Assembly (NCBI GenBank): GCA_900541135.1
Contig: UQIG01000007.1
Location: 12,616-76,615, forward strand
DNA length: 64,000 nt
Source of the DNA: an uncultured Collinsella sp.
Lineage (GTDB): Bacteria > Actinomycetota > Coriobacteriia > Coriobacteriales > Coriobacteriaceae
Direction of reading: 5' to 3'
Positions 1-10,418 of the stretch are shown here, in pieces; the stretch's first letter is position 1; each line of letters starts with the position of its first letter. The notes under the pieces are model-generated. The model had not been told where the DNA came from. It saw nothing but the letters and a program-made list of their open reading frames with translations, and ran no database searches. Both the position numbers and the translations under genes were made by a program.

Positions 1-274
1 TAAGAAGCAGGGCGGCTTTATTCCGGGCGTCCGTCCGGGTAGGGCTACCGCGGCCTACATCAAGAACGCGCTCAACAAGATCACGCTTCCCAGCGCTGTC
101 TTTTTGGCGCTCATCGCCATCGTGCCTTCGATCATCTTCTCCTTCACGGGTAACCATCTGATCCAGGCATTTGGCGGCACGTCCATCCTCATCATGGTCG
201 GCGTCGTGCTCGACACGGTCGATAAGCTCGAAGGCCAGATCAAGATGTATGATTACGATGGATTCTTTAAATAG
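1..274 (+). CDS. secY: Preprotein translocase SecY, 3' end (partial)
   Basis: Frame 2 reads KKQGGFIPGVRPG...FGGTSILIMVGV...YDGFFK*; directly upstream of adk. Confidence 0.95.
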   Translation, partial: KKQGGFIPGVRPGRATAAYIKNALNKITLPSAVFLALIAIVPSIIFSFTGNHLIQAFGGTSILIMVGVVLDTVDKLEGQIKMYDYDGFFK

Positions 275-292
275 GCTAGAGGAGGATTGCTC

Positions 293-919
293 ATGAACCT
301 CGTATTGCTCGGAGCTCCGGGTGCCGGTAAGGGCACCGTCGCACAGGAGCTCGTCGCCGAGTTTGGCGTCGCCCACATTTCCACGGGCGACCTGCTGCGT
401 GCTGCCGTCAAGGGTGGCACCGAGCTTGGTATTCAGGCTAAGAAGTACATGGACGCTGGCGAGCTCGTTCCCGACCAGCTCGTGATCGACCTTGTCAAGG
501 AGCGCCTTGCCGCCGATGACGCCCAGCAGGGCTTCATCCTCGACGGCTTCCCGCGCAACACCGCCCAGGCTGTGACGCTCGATTCCGAGCTCTCCGCCAT
601 GGGTCGCGAGATCGACTGCGCCCTTCTGGTCGATGTGGCCCCCGAGGTCATTATCGATCGTCTGTCTTCGCGTCGCACCTGCCGCGCATGCGGTTACACC
701 GGCACCGCTGCCGATGCTACCTGCCCCAAGTGTGGCGGCGAGATGTATCAGCGCGACGACGACAAGCCCGAGACCATCAAGAACCGTCTCGACGTCTACG
801 AGAAGTCCACGAGCCCGCTCGTCGACTACTATCGTGGCCAGGGTCTGCTCAAGTCGGTCAACGGTGACCAGGCTCGCGAGACCGTGTACGGGGATGTCAA
901 AGAGGCTCTCGGTCTATGA
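293..919 (+). CDS. adk: Adenylate kinase (Zn-lid type)
   Basis: GAPGAGKGT P-loop, LDGFPR, CxxC..CxxC lid; GGAGG RBS. Confidence 0.97.
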   Translation: MNLVLLGAPGAGKGTVAQELVAEFGVAHISTGDLLRAAVKGGTELGIQAKKYMDAGELVPDQLVIDLVKERLAADDAQQGFILDGFPRNTAQAVTLDSELSAMGREIDCALLVDVAPEVIIDRLSSRRTCRACGYTGTAADATCPKCGGEMYQRDDDKPETIKNRLDVYEKSTSPLVDYYRGQGLLKSVNGDQARETVYGDVKEALGL

Positions 920-1704
920 TCAAGATTAAGTCTGCAACGCAAATCGAGCAGATGAAGAAGGCAGGAGCGCTATCTAAGATGGCGCTCCGCCACGTTGGAG
1001 CCATGGTGCGCCCCGGCGTTTCCACCTTTGAGCTCGATCAGCTCGCGGAGCAGATTATCCGCATGCATGGCGGCACCCCGGCCTTTAAGGGTTACGGCGG
1101 GTTCCCGGGGACCATTTGCGCATCGATCAACGATGCCGTGGTCCACGGTATTCCCAACCCCGACATGATCCTGCGCGATGGCGATATCATCTCCATCGAT
1201 ACGGGAGCCGTTGTCGACGGTTGGGTCGGCGATAACGCTTGGACGTTTTTCGTCGGCACCCCCACGCCCGAAGCCAAGGCTTTGTGCGAGGTCACGCGCG
1301 ATTGCCTTAAGGCAGCCATCGAGCAGGCTGTTCCCGGTAACCATATCGGGGACGTCGGTTATGCCGTTCAGTCCCTCGCCGAGTCTCACGGTTACGGTGT
1401 GCTTCGTGATTATGTAGGCCATGGCATTGGCCGCGTGATGCACGAGGACCCCAACGTTCCTAACTATGGAAAGAAGGGGAGGGGCGTTCGCCTCCAGGCC
1501 GGCATGGTCATTGCCATCGAGCCGATGGTTACGATGGGTTCCAACCATGTGAGCACGGGCTCCGACGGTTGGATTGTTACGACCAACGATCACCTGCCCG
1601 CCGCGCACTACGAGAACACCGTCGCCATTACCAATGACGGTCCGGTGATTCTCACCACGGATGCCCAAGGTGCTTGGTGCTCCCTCCAAGGCGGAGAAAT
1701 GTAA
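916..1704 (+). CDS. map: Methionine aminopeptidase type I
   Basis: HGIP, DTG..D, GHGIG, IEPM, HYENT motifs. Confidence 0.97.
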   Translation: MIKIKSATQIEQMKKAGALSKMALRHVGAMVRPGVSTFELDQLAEQIIRMHGGTPAFKGYGGFPGTICASINDAVVHGIPNPDMILRDGDIISIDTGAVVDGWVGDNAWTFFVGTPTPEAKALCEVTRDCLKAAIEQAVPGNHIGDVGYAVQSLAESHGYGVLRDYVGHGIGRVMHEDPNVPNYGKKGRGVRLQAGMVIAIEPMVTMGSNHVSTGSDGWIVTTNDHLPAAHYENTVAITNDGPVILTTDAQGAWCSLQGGEM

Positions 1705-1808
1705 CAAGTTCCATTTAGTTGTGGAGCCATTACGAAGTTATTACGATGCGTGCATACGTGTTGTAGAATACTCAATCGCTGTCGTTTTCTAGAGAAAGAT
1801 GATTGCTT

Positions 1809-2027
1809 GTGAAGAAGGAAGACGCAATTGAGCTCGAGGGTACGGTAAAGGAACCGTTGCCCAACGCCATGTTTAAGGTCGAGCTCGAGAACGGTCATTC
1901 GGTTCTGTGCAACATTTCTGGCAAGATCCGAATGAATTACATCCGTATTCTCCCCGGTGACAGGGTTGTCGTGGAGCTTTCCCCGTACGACCTGACCCGC
2001 GGCCGCATCACCTATCGCTACAAATAG
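1809..2027 (+). CDS. infA: Translation initiation factor IF-1
   Basis: KEDAIELEG...[13 protein letters not shown]...RGRITYR; GTG start assumed. Confidence 0.96.
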   Translation: MKKEDAIELEGTVKEPLPNAMFKVELENGHSVLCNISGKIRMNYIRILPGDRVVVELSPYDLTRGRITYRYK

Positions 2028-2177
2028 CGGCACGCATACACGCACTCCATTTCCGACTGCAGGCTTAGCTCAACCTACGGTCGGATTGTGTGTGAAGACC
2101 AGCCATAGTTTTAAACGCCTGCGGCTGGGCGAGTAGATAGTAGGGAAGTAGTTTGAGCGCTACCGAAAGGAAGAACG

Positions 2178-2291
2178 ATGAAGGTACGTCCTTCGGTCAA
2201 GAAGATGTGCGATAAGTGCAAAATCATTAGGCGCCATGGCAAGGTCCTCGTCATTTGCGAGAACCCCCGTCATAAGCAGCGTCAGGGTTAA
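2178..2291 (+). CDS. rpmJ: 50S ribosomal protein L36 (absent from ORF track)
   Basis: Manual translation [37 protein letters not shown]. Confidence 0.97.
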   Translation: MKVRPSVKKMCDKCKIIRRHGKVLVICENPRHKQRQG

Positions 2292-2305
2292 GAGAGGAGA
2301 CTACG

Positions 2306-2680
2306 TTGGCCCGTATTAATGGTGTCGACCTCCCGCGTGAGAAGCGCGTTGAGATCGGTCTGACCTACATTTACGGCATCGGCCGCACCACTGCGACGAA
2401 GATTTGCGTCGAGTGCAACGTTAACGTGGATACGCGCGTTAAGGACCTCACCGAGGATGAGGTTAACGCCATCCGCGATTATATCGATAAGAACCAGATC
2501 ATGGTTGAGGGCGACCTCCGCCGTGAGCGCAACCAGAACGTCAAGCGCCTTATGGACATCGGCTGCAACCGCGGCCTTCGTCACCGCAAGGGCCTCCCGG
2601 TCCGCGGCCAGCGCACCCACACTAACGCTCGTACCCGCAAGGGCCCGAAGCGTCAGATCGGTGCTAAGAAGAAGAAATAA
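2306..2680 (+). CDS. rpsM: 30S ribosomal protein S13
   Basis: [13 protein letters not shown]...[18 protein letters not shown] start with GGAG RBS. Confidence 0.97.
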   Translation: MARINGVDLPREKRVEIGLTYIYGIGRTTATKICVECNVNVDTRVKDLTEDEVNAIRDYIDKNQIMVEGDLRRERNQNVKRLMDIGCNRGLRHRKGLPVRGQRTHTNARTRKGPKRQIGAKKKK

Positions 2681-2694
2681 GGAGCGCTAGATAG

Positions 2695-3099
2695 ATGGCT
2701 ACTGCTAAGAAGAACGTTCGCGCTGCCCGTCTGAAGCGCGCGGACCGTAAGAACATTTCCGTGGGCCAGGCTCACATTCGTTCTACGTTCAACAACACGA
2801 TCGTTTCGATCACCGATCCCCAGGGCAACGTCATTTCCTGGAAGTCGGCTGGCCAGGTGGGCTTCAAGGGCTCCCGTAAGTCCACGCCGTTCGCTGCCCA
2901 GATGGCTGCCGAGGCTGCTGCCAAGCAGGCCATGGAGCACGGTATGAAGAAGGTTTCCGTCTTCGTCAAGGGCCCCGGCTCCGGTCGTGAGACCGCCATC
3001 CGCTCCCTCCAGGCTGCTGGCCTCGAGGTCTCGAGCATCCAGGACAAGACCCCCATTCCGCACAACGGCTGCCGCCCCAAGAAGCGTCGCCGCGTGTAA
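2695..3099 (+). CDS. rpsK: 30S ribosomal protein S11
   Basis: [28 protein letters not shown]. Confidence 0.97.
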   Translation: MATAKKNVRAARLKRADRKNISVGQAHIRSTFNNTIVSITDPQGNVISWKSAGQVGFKGSRKSTPFAAQMAAEAAAKQAMEHGMKKVSVFVKGPGSGRETAIRSLQAAGLEVSSIQDKTPIPHNGCRPKKRRRV

Positions 3100-3118
3100 C
3101 TGAAAGGATCGTATCAAT

Positions 3119-3715
3119 ATGGCAATCGACAGGACTCCTGTTCTTAAGCGCTGCCGTCAGCTCGGGATCGATCCCGCTGAGCTCGGTTACAGCAGCAAGA
3201 AGGAATCTATCCGTCAGCCCAAGCGCCGTCGCAAGGAATCTGAGTACGGCATGCAGCTGCGCGAGAAGCAGAAGGTCAAGTTCATCTATGGCGTTCTGGA
3301 GAAGCAGTTCCACGGCTACTTCAACAAGGCCCGTAAGATGAACGGCGTCACCGGTGAGAACCTCATGATCATTCTTGAGTCTCGCCTCGACAACGTCGTC
3401 TTCCGTCTTGGCTTCGCCCGCACCCGCAAAGAGGCTCGTCAGTCCGTCCGTCACGGTCACTTCACCGTGAACGGCAAGCGCGTGGACATCCCGTCCTACC
3501 GCGTCAAGGCCGGCGACGTCGTCGCTGTCGGCGAGAAGTTCCGTGACCTCCTCCCCATCAAGGAGGCCCTGATTTCCTCCGAGCGCTTTGAGGTCCCTGG
3601 CTGGCTCGAGGTCGATATCGAGAAGCTGTCTGGTAACGTGCTCGCTCTGCCGACGCGTGAGCAGATCAGCGGTGATATCAACGAGCAGCTCATCGTCGAG
3701 CTCTACTCTAAGTAG
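3119..3715 (+). CDS. rpsD: 30S ribosomal protein S4
   Basis: SEYGMQLREKQK, LESRLDNVVFRLG, IVELYSK. Confidence 0.97.
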   Translation: MAIDRTPVLKRCRQLGIDPAELGYSSKKESIRQPKRRRKESEYGMQLREKQKVKFIYGVLEKQFHGYFNKARKMNGVTGENLMIILESRLDNVVFRLGFARTRKEARQSVRHGHFTVNGKRVDIPSYRVKAGDVVAVGEKFRDLLPIKEALISSERFEVPGWLEVDIEKLSGNVLALPTREQISGDINEQLIVELYSK

Positions 3716-3747
3716 TCCATCCGGGCTGCTGAGGCTGGAGGTAATAC

Positions 3748-4689
3748 ATGTCAGAATTCATTAGGCCTCAGGTTCAGGTCGAAGAGATCAACGAGACGTC
3801 TGCTCGTGTCTCCGTCGAGCCGCTCGAGCGTGGTTACGGCGATACGCTGGGTAACTCCCTTCGTCGCGTTCTTCTGTCCTCGCTCGAGGGTGCCGCCGTC
3901 GAGGCTATTCAGATCGATGGTGCGCAGCACGAGTTCATGACCATCCCTAACATGGTCGAGGATGTCACCGACATCGTCCTGAATGTCAAGGGTCTTGTCT
4001 TCAGGGCTCTCGGCACGACCGACGAGGCGACCGCCACCATTTCGGTTGACGGCCCCTGCGAGGTCACCGGTGCGGACTTCTTTATTCCGTCCGAGTTTGA
4101 GCTGGTCAACCCCGAGCAGCACATCGCTACGCTCACCGAGGGTGGCCATCTCACCATGAGCATGCGCATCGGCTATGGCCGCGGCTATGTTTCTGGCGAG
4201 GCCAACAAGCGCGACAACGATCCCATCGGTGTGATCCACGTCGACTCGCTGTACTCGCCGGTTTCCCGTTGCGCCAAGCTCGTTGAGGCTTGCCGTGTCG
4301 GTCAGCACACCGACTACGACCGCCTTGTCCTCGAGATCGAGACCAACGGCTCCATCGCCCCGCGCGACGCCGTGGTCCAGGCTGCCAATATCATCAACCA
4401 GCATATGGCCGCCTTTATGAACCTTGCCGAGACCCCCGAGGTCGAGGAGGAGGCTTCGATCTTCGCTCCCGAGGTCACCAACGACAACGCCGAGCTGGAC
4501 AAGCAGATCGAGGATCTGGACCTTTCCGTCCGTTCCTACAACTGCCTTAAGCGCGCCAGCATTCACTCGGTCCGTCAGCTCGTTGAGTTCTCGGAGAACG
4601 ATTTGCTCAACATCCGTAACTTCGGTGTTAAGTCGATCGAGGAAGTGAAGGACAAGCTTGAGTCCATGGGCCTGAGCCTGAAGGCTTAA
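3748..4689 (+). CDS. rpoA: RNA polymerase alpha subunit
   Basis: EPLERGYGDTLGNSLRRVLLSS, LSVRSYNCLKR. Confidence 0.98.
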   Translation: MSEFIRPQVQVEEINETSARVSVEPLERGYGDTLGNSLRRVLLSSLEGAAVEAIQIDGAQHEFMTIPNMVEDVTDIVLNVKGLVFRALGTTDEATATISVDGPCEVTGADFFIPSEFELVNPEQHIATLTEGGHLTMSMRIGYGRGYVSGEANKRDNDPIGVIHVDSLYSPVSRCAKLVEACRVGQHTDYDRLVLEIETNGSIAPRDAVVQAANIINQHMAAFMNLAETPEVEEEASIFAPEVTNDNAELDKQIEDLDLSVRSYNCLKRASIHSVRQLVEFSENDLLNIRNFGVKSIEEVKDKLESMGLSLKA

Positions 4690-4719
4690 TGCTTCGCATA
4701 TTTGAGGAGAAACTAGACC

Positions 4720-5187
4720 ATGCGTCACAACGTTAAGAAGGGCCTGAAGCTCGGCACCGATGCGAGCCACACCAAGGCCATGAAGAAGAGCCTTGCTAAG
4801 GCCCTCTTCGAGAACGACCGCATCAAGACCACCGAGACCCGCGCTAAGGCGCTGCGTTCGGTCGTCGATCCGATCATCACTTGGGCCAAGAAGGGCGACC
4901 TGCACTCTCGTCGTCTGGCTATCGCCAAGCTCGGCGATAAGCAGCTCGTTGCCGAGATCTTCGACAAGGCTGCCCAGGGTATGTGGCAGGACCGCAACGG
5001 CGGTTACACCCGCATCATGAAGCTCGGTAACCGTAAGGGCGACAATGCTCCCATCGTTATCATGGAGCTCGTCACCGAGCCTTGCACGCCTAAGGCCAAG
5101 AAGGCTGCTCCGGCCCCCAAGAAGGCCGCTGCTCCCAAGAAGGTCGAGGCTGCCGAGGAGGCTCCTGCTGAGGAGACCGCTGAGTAG
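4720..5187 (+). CDS. rplQ: 50S ribosomal protein L17 with Ala/Lys/Glu-rich tail
   Basis: MRH...IKTTETRAK, RNGGYTRI, RKGDNAP. Confidence 0.97.
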   Translation: MRHNVKKGLKLGTDASHTKAMKKSLAKALFENDRIKTTETRAKALRSVVDPIITWAKKGDLHSRRLAIAKLGDKQLVAEIFDKAAQGMWQDRNGGYTRIMKLGNRKGDNAPIVIMELVTEPCTPKAKKAAPAPKKAAAPKKVEAAEEAPAEETAE

Positions 5188-5213
5188 ACAATCCGTCTGC
5201 ATAGGCTATATTC

Positions 5214-5244
5214 GAGGGGTACGTTCGCGTACCCCTCTTTTTTT
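5214..5244 (+). terminator. Rho-independent terminator after rplQ
   Basis: GAGGGGTACG-TTCG-CGTACCCCTC followed by T7. Confidence 0.85.
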
Positions 5245-5279
5245 GTCGAAATGCCATTGCCTGTTTGTTGGGAGCGCCC

Positions 5280-6104
5280 ATGACCGCGCCGTCTGATTTC
5301 AATTCGATTCCAGAGCTCGATGCCACGCTCGTTTTCCGCGTGGCATACGATGGCTCGTCCTATAGCGGCTTTGCCGAGCAGCCGGGACAGACGACGGTTG
5401 CGGGTGAGCTGCGTCGAGCCATCGAGACGCTGCTTCGCCGTCCGATCGATCTGACGTGCGCGGGTCGCACCGATGCCGGCGTGCATGCCGTGGCTCAGTA
5501 CATCAGCGTGCCCGTAACGGACGCTGAGCTCGCCCTAACGCGCCGTAGGTGGCTGCGGGCTATGGATGCCCTGCTGCCCAAAGATATCGCCATCAACGAG
5601 GTCTACAAGGCCCGTAAAGGCTTTTCTGCACGTTTTGACGCGCGTTCCCGTACGTATACGTACCGTATTGCCGATCGAGATGCGCGCCCCGTGCTGTCCC
5701 GCGGTGCGGTGTGGTGGCATCGCTATCCCTTGGATGTTGAGGCTATGTCTGCTGCCTGCCCCGCGCTGCTGGGCGAGCAGGACTTTAAAAGCTTTTGCAA
5801 GGTTGCTTCTGCCGTGGGCAAACCTACGCACCGCTGCGTAATGCGCGCCGAGTTTGGCCATGAGGTTGCGTTTGGCGAGGACATCCTGACGTTTACCATC
5901 GAGGGCAATGCGTTTCTGCATTCGATGGTCCGTACGATCGTTGGCACGCTTGTCGCGATTGGCATGCATCGCCGTGAACCCGAGTGGATGCGCGAGGTCA
6001 TCGATGCTTGCGACCGTACCGCTGCGGGCCCCACGGCTCCTGCCTGCGGCCTTACGTTTATGGGCGTGGATTACGATCCCGCCGAGCTCGTCGTGCTCGA
6101 CTAG
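5280..6104 (+). CDS. truA: tRNA pseudouridine(38-40) synthase
   Basis: YDGS, CAGRTDAGVHA, FSARFDA, AFLHSMVR. Confidence 0.96.
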   Translation: MTAPSDFNSIPELDATLVFRVAYDGSSYSGFAEQPGQTTVAGELRRAIETLLRRPIDLTCAGRTDAGVHAVAQYISVPVTDAELALTRRRWLRAMDALLPKDIAINEVYKARKGFSARFDARSRTYTYRIADRDARPVLSRGAVWWHRYPLDVEAMSAACPALLGEQDFKSFCKVASAVGKPTHRCVMRAEFGHEVAFGEDILTFTIEGNAFLHSMVRTIVGTLVAIGMHRREPEWMREVIDACDRTAAGPTAPACGLTFMGVDYDPAELVVLD

Positions 6105-6265
6105 GGGAGGGCTCGACGCGTCGTGCGTCGACACCCATTATCTGTGGGCTGCGCGTGTGCAACATCTGTTCTTGGCGTGCAATACAACCGGTGTCTCATT
6201 GCTTTTATTGCCGGGGTGTACCATGAACCACGGTTTGATTCATTGCTGTCGAGAGGACGGATAAC

Positions 6266-7306
6266 TTGGTTCGACGTGGCTCGCATCCGCGACTTTCGGT
6301 GATCCTTGTGGTAGAAGGTTCGCCCAGCTATGCGATGCGTGCGCTCGAGAGTATCCAGAACCAAGACCTCTACGATTTGCAGATTGTCGTTGTTTGCCGC
6401 GATGCTGCGCCCGGTGTGCGCCATTCGCTTCAAGTTGCTGCCGACAGGGACATCCATATTGATTTGATTGACGTCGAGGACGCGAAGCGCGGCGCTTGCC
6501 TTCGTGCCGGTTTTGCTGTCTCGCGCGGCTCTCAAATCATCGCTATGAACGCCGATGAGTGGTTTGCTCCGCAGTCCCTTTCCAAGATGGTCGATATCGC
6601 GTGCGATACTGCGGCAGACATAGTGTTCCCCACGGTGTCGCTCGACCGCTATGATGCACATCGAGAACGCCATTCGCGCGTCTTGGATGCTGCCTCTATT
6701 GCCATAGAAGACGAGTCTTCTATGGTGACTGGGCTGCCCCAGTTGATTTTGGGCGGCCTAGTCGCTCAGACCTCTGGCGTGATGTATAGCCGTCCGCTGT
6801 TTGAGGCATGCCTGTCGCGCGGCAAGGCGTACCGTACGGTTGAGTTTATGGCTTATGCGCTCTCGCAGGCACGATTCGTGTCCGGCTGCGGCGACGCTTG
6901 TTTCCACGCGGTGGCACCTAAGCTTACAGATGCCTTTGATCCCACCATGTATGCCAGGATATCCGATGACACTCGAGCGCTCGACGAGCTTGCGGACTCA
7001 CTCTCGGAAGCAGATAGCGGTGGTCGGCTCAAGCTGGCAAGCCAAAAGTTCTACTTTGCCGGACTGGTCGCCTGCATCGAGAATTTGTGTCTTAGCCCGC
7101 ATGGAGTGTCGTCAATCGAGCGTTCCGCCCGCATGCGTGATATGCTCGAGGCGCCTCGAACCCGTCAGATGGTCGCCGCGCTCAAGGATAACCATCGGGG
7201 ACTCGGTTTGTTGTTTGGGCCGATCGCCAGCGCCAAGCCCGCGCGCTGCGTGATGTGTACGCATCTGGCAGCTTTTCTTAACCGGACGGGCGCAAAAACC
7301 GCCTAA
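6266..7306 (+). CDS. GT2-like glycosyltransferase-domain protein (divergent)
   Basis: N-terminal LSVILVV..ALESIQNQ..LQIVVV pattern; DxD region reads NADEW. Confidence 0.6.
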   Translation: MVRRGSHPRLSVILVVEGSPSYAMRALESIQNQDLYDLQIVVVCRDAAPGVRHSLQVAADRDIHIDLIDVEDAKRGACLRAGFAVSRGSQIIAMNADEWFAPQSLSKMVDIACDTAADIVFPTVSLDRYDAHRERHSRVLDAASIAIEDESSMVTGLPQLILGGLVAQTSGVMYSRPLFEACLSRGKAYRTVEFMAYALSQARFVSGCGDACFHAVAPKLTDAFDPTMYARISDDTRALDELADSLSEADSGGRLKLASQKFYFAGLVACIENLCLSPHGVSSIERSARMRDMLEAPRTRQMVAALKDNHRGLGLLFGPIASAKPARCVMCTHLAAFLNRTGAKTA

Positions 7307-7326
7307 ACGGCTCATTTCGAAACAAA

Positions 7327-7364
7327 TTTGCATAGAATTGTTTCGAAATGCGTTCTTATACACA
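7327..7364 (+). promoter_or_regulatory. Putative tandem ARG boxes (ArgR autoregulation)
   Basis: TTTGCATAGAATTGTTTC and AATGCGTTCTTATACACA 2 bp apart, upstream of argR; partial match to the WNTGMATWWWWATKCANW consensus. Confidence 0.45.
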
Positions 7365-7438
7365 AAAGCCTTCAAATAGCGTTAAACTATTCAGTCACTG
7401 ATTGATTGTCTCCGCCATCTTTTGGAGAGAGGGTTTGT

Positions 7439-7876
7439 ATGGCTAAAAAACGCAATGGGCGCCAGGATGCCATTAGAGATATTGTGCGCAATAAGGACGT
7501 CCGCACGCAGCGCGTGCTGGTCGATGAGCTCCGCGCTATGGGCTTTGATTGCACGCAGGCGACTGTCTCTCGCGATATTGCCGACATGGGGCTGCGTAAG
7601 CTCCCTGAGGGCATCTATGTTCTGGCAGAGGACCTGCACCTGCAGCGTATGGTTTCCGAGCTCGTAACGGGCGTTCTACGTACCGATAATCTGGTCATGA
7701 TCAAGGCTCAGCCTGGCACGGCTTCCGGCATCGCCGCCGCCGTTGATGCGGCAGAGTTGCCCGATGTGCTTGGCTCGCTTGCCGGCAACGATACGATTTT
7801 GGTTATTGCCCAGACGGCCGAGGACGGCGAGCGTCTTGAGGCGCTGATCAATAAGCTGAGCAATTCTCGCAAGTAG
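7439..7876 (+). CDS. argR: Arginine repressor
   Basis: TQATVSRDI, GSLAGNDTILV. Confidence 0.95.
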   Translation: MAKKRNGRQDAIRDIVRNKDVRTQRVLVDELRAMGFDCTQATVSRDIADMGLRKLPEGIYVLAEDLHLQRMVSELVTGVLRTDNLVMIKAQPGTASGIAAAVDAAELPDVLGSLAGNDTILVIAQTAEDGERLEALINKLSNSRK

Positions 7877-7926
7877 GCGTGCGGGTCGTGCGCTCGGCAC
7901 TGTGTGCGTGACATGGTGGCTTGTAA

Positions 7927-7959
7927 GGGGGTATCGACGTTGGTCGGTACCCCTTTTTT
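7927..7959 (+). terminator. Terminator after argR
   Basis: GGGGTATCGAC/GTCGGTACCCC hairpin followed by a T run. Confidence 0.75.
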
Positions 7960-8000
7960 GTTTGCCGGTATAAAGACCGCCCGCCTGGTCGTTTCAAATT

Positions 8001-8041
8001 AAAAGGCCCCCGAGCAGTTCAATAAGCTGCTCGGGGGCCTT
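8001..8041 (-). terminator. Terminator for the PBP gene
   Basis: AAAAGGCCCCCGAGCAG...CTGCTCGGGGGCCTT hairpin. Confidence 0.75.
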
Positions 8042-8063
8042 GTTGCTTATGGCCGGATGATTT

Positions 8064-10256
8064 CTAGCCGACCGTATCGTCAGGCGTGGGCGAGGGGTCG
8101 GGAGTGGGCGTAGGCGTAGGCGTGCCGCCATCGCCGCCGGTCGAACCACCAGTGGAGCCGCCCGTCGAGCCACCGGTCGTACCGGTGCCGCCGGTGGTGT
8201 CGCCGCCCGTGGTCTCGGTGGTCGTGGTCGTCGTGGTAGTCGTTGTGGTGGTTTCCTCTTCGTCCTCGTTCTCGTCCTTGTCGTCGTTCTCCGTCTTCTT
8301 GGTGTTGTTGGTGCCGTAGAACTTCCAGACGCTGTTGTTCTTGTAGGTGGGCGCCGTTCCGGTCGCAAACTCCTCGCGCTCGGTACCGGTCAGAACGGTG
8401 TTCATAAACCGCTTAAAGACAGGCAGGTTGGTGCTGTCGCCCAGCAGGTCTGTGCCGTATTTTTGGATGGGGATCTCGCCCGCGGAATAGCCGGTCCACA
8501 GGGCGCACGCCAGCTGCGGGGTATAGCCGCAGAACCACAGGTTAGTGGTGTTGTCGGTGGTGCCCGTTTTGCCGGCATAGGGCTGGTTGACGCTCAGGGC
8601 GCCAGCAGCACCCGTACCGCCGCCCTGCATGACGCCGGACAGAACATCGGTGACCGCGGCGGCCTCGCCCTCGGTAAGCACCTGTGAGGGATTGTCGGTG
8701 TGCTGGTACAGAACCGAACCGGTACGAGAGTCAATCTCGGTGATGGCGATCGGCTGGCGATAGTAGCCGCCGTTGGCAAACGTCGCGTAGGCGGCGGCCA
8801 TCTCGAGCGGCGAGATCGAGCCGGTGCCGAGCGTCATGACGGGAACGTCCTCGATGTTGTCCTTGGCGGGATCGATGCCGAGCTTTTTGACGAGCGAGAT
8901 GATCTTGCTGTTGCCGACGGCTTCTGCCACCTGGATGTAGCCGGTGTTGGAGGAGTATGCCGTCGCCTGCTTAAGCGTGATGTTGCCATAGCTATGGTTG
9001 GCGTAGTTTTGGACCTCGGTCGTGGTGCCCTTGGCCTTGAGCGGCGAGTTGCAGTTGAGCGTGACGTTGGGATTCATGCCGTTTTGGATGGCAGTTGCCA
9101 GCGTAAAGGCCTTAAAGGTGGAGCCGACGGGACGCTTGGCCGTGGCATGGTTTACGTGGTTCTCGTCGGCGTTGTAGTCGTAGCCGCCCACCATGCACTT
9201 GATGTAGCCGGTCTTGGGGTCGACGACGACCATGCCCATGTCCAGGCCGTCGAGTGAGAGCGTGTCGAGCTGCTGGCGGACGGCATTCTCTGCCACCTGC
9301 TGCATCGTGGGGTCGATGGTGGTCTTGACGGTCAGACCGCCCTTAAAGAGCACGTCGGTCGAGAACTCCTGCTCCAGCAGCTGCTTAACATAGGCGACAA
9401 AGTAGGGCTGCGAGTATACGTCGACGCCGCTGCCCGAAATCTCGGTCACGTTGAGGGTGATGGGCTCGGCCTGTGCGGCATCGTGTTCCTCCTGCGTGAT
9501 GTGGCCCAGGCGCAACATGTTGTCGAGGACCTTGTTGCGACGGGACAGCGCTAGGTCGGGGTTGACCGTGGGGTCGTACTGCGAGGGCGAGTTGGGAAGG
9601 CCGATGAGCAGCGCGGCCTCGCTGAGGGTGAGATCGGCGGCGCTCTTGGACAGATAGGTCTCGGCTGCGGCCTCGATGCCGTAGGCACCGTGGCCGTAAT
9701 AGATGGTGTTGAGGTACATCATGAGGATCTCGTCTTTGGAGTACATGTCCTCCATCTTGACGGCGATGTAGGCCTCGCGCACCTTACGCTCGATGGTCGA
9801 GTCGAACTGCTCCTCCTGCAGGATGGTGTTGCGCACCAGCTGCTGGGTGATAGTCGAGGCGCCTTCGTGCCCGCCGCCGAGGGTTGCCACCGCAGCACGC
9901 GCGATACCCCACAGGTCGATACCGCCGTGCTCGTAGAAGCGCTCGTCCTCGACGTCAACGGTGCCCTGCAGCACGTAGGGGGAGACCTCGTCCTTGGTGA
10001 TGGACTTGCGGTTTTGCGTGTAGAAGCTCGCGATCTTGTTGCCGTTGCAGTCGACGATCTCGGTGGGCTCGCTCACCAGATACGCGTTGGCGTCGGTGTA
10101 GTCGGGCAGATCGGACAGCCAGCGGTTGACGTTGCCGACCATGCCGATGCCAAACGCCACGCCCGCAATCAGCAGAAAGCCCAAAAACGAGAGCAGGATT
10201 ATGGGCAGGGCATGCGTCTTTGAACGGCTGCGTCCCTGTCGTTGGCGAGGACCCAT
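8064..10256 (-). CDS. Class A penicillin-binding protein (transglycosylase/transpeptidase) with Thr/Gly/Pro-rich tail
   Basis: EDERFYEHGG, GASTITQQL, STFK (SxxK), SSN, KTGT; start MGPRQ with GGAGG RBS. Confidence 0.93.
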   Translation of the reverse strand: MGPRQRQGRSRSKTHALPIILLSFLGFLLIAGVAFGIGMVGNVNRWLSDLPDYTDANAYLVSEPTEIVDCNGNKIASFYTQNRKSITKDEVSPYVLQGTVDVEDERFYEHGGIDLWGIARAAVATLGGGHEGASTITQQLVRNTILQEEQFDSTIERKVREAYIAVKMEDMYSKDEILMMYLNTIYYGHGAYGIEAAAETYLSKSAADLTLSEAALLIGLPNSPSQYDPTVNPDLALSRRNKVLDNMLRLGHITQEEHDAAQAEPITLNVTEISGSGVDVYSQPYFVAYVKQLLEQEFSTDVLFKGGLTVKTTIDPTMQQVAENAVRQQLDTLSLDGLDMGMVVVDPKTGYIKCMVGGYDYNADENHVNHATAKRPVGSTFKAFTLATAIQNGMNPNVTLNCNSPLKAKGTTTEVQNYANHSYGNITLKQATAYSSNTGYIQVAEAVGNSKIISLVKKLGIDPAKDNIEDVPVMTLGTGSISPLEMAAAYATFANGGYYRQPIAITEIDSRTGSVLYQHTDNPSQVLTEGEAAAVTDVLSGVMQGGGTGAAGALSVNQPYAGKTGTTDNTTNLWFCGYTPQLACALWTGYSAGEIPIQKYGTDLLGDSTNLPVFKRFMNTVLTGTEREEFATGTAPTYKNNSVWKFYGTNNTKKTENDDKDENEDEEETTTTTTTTTTTTETTGGDTTGGTGTTGGSTGGSTGGSTGGDGGTPTPTPTPDPSPTPDDTVG

Positions 10257-10418
10257 ATATTGACCTCCAGGTATGTCGTGCCGGACGGTGGATGTGCCGT
10301 CGAGGCAGGATGGACATAAGTTATTACACGATAAACCAAACGGGGCGCGCGAGGCCTCGTGTATGCTGGAAGACGGCATTTTTCAGAGTGAATGCATACC
10401 TTGGTAAGGAGTTTGCCG

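Noticed and set aside
8064..8300. Short tandem repeats at the PBP 3' end
   Set aside because: They encode an ordinary Thr/Gly/Pro low-complexity tail.
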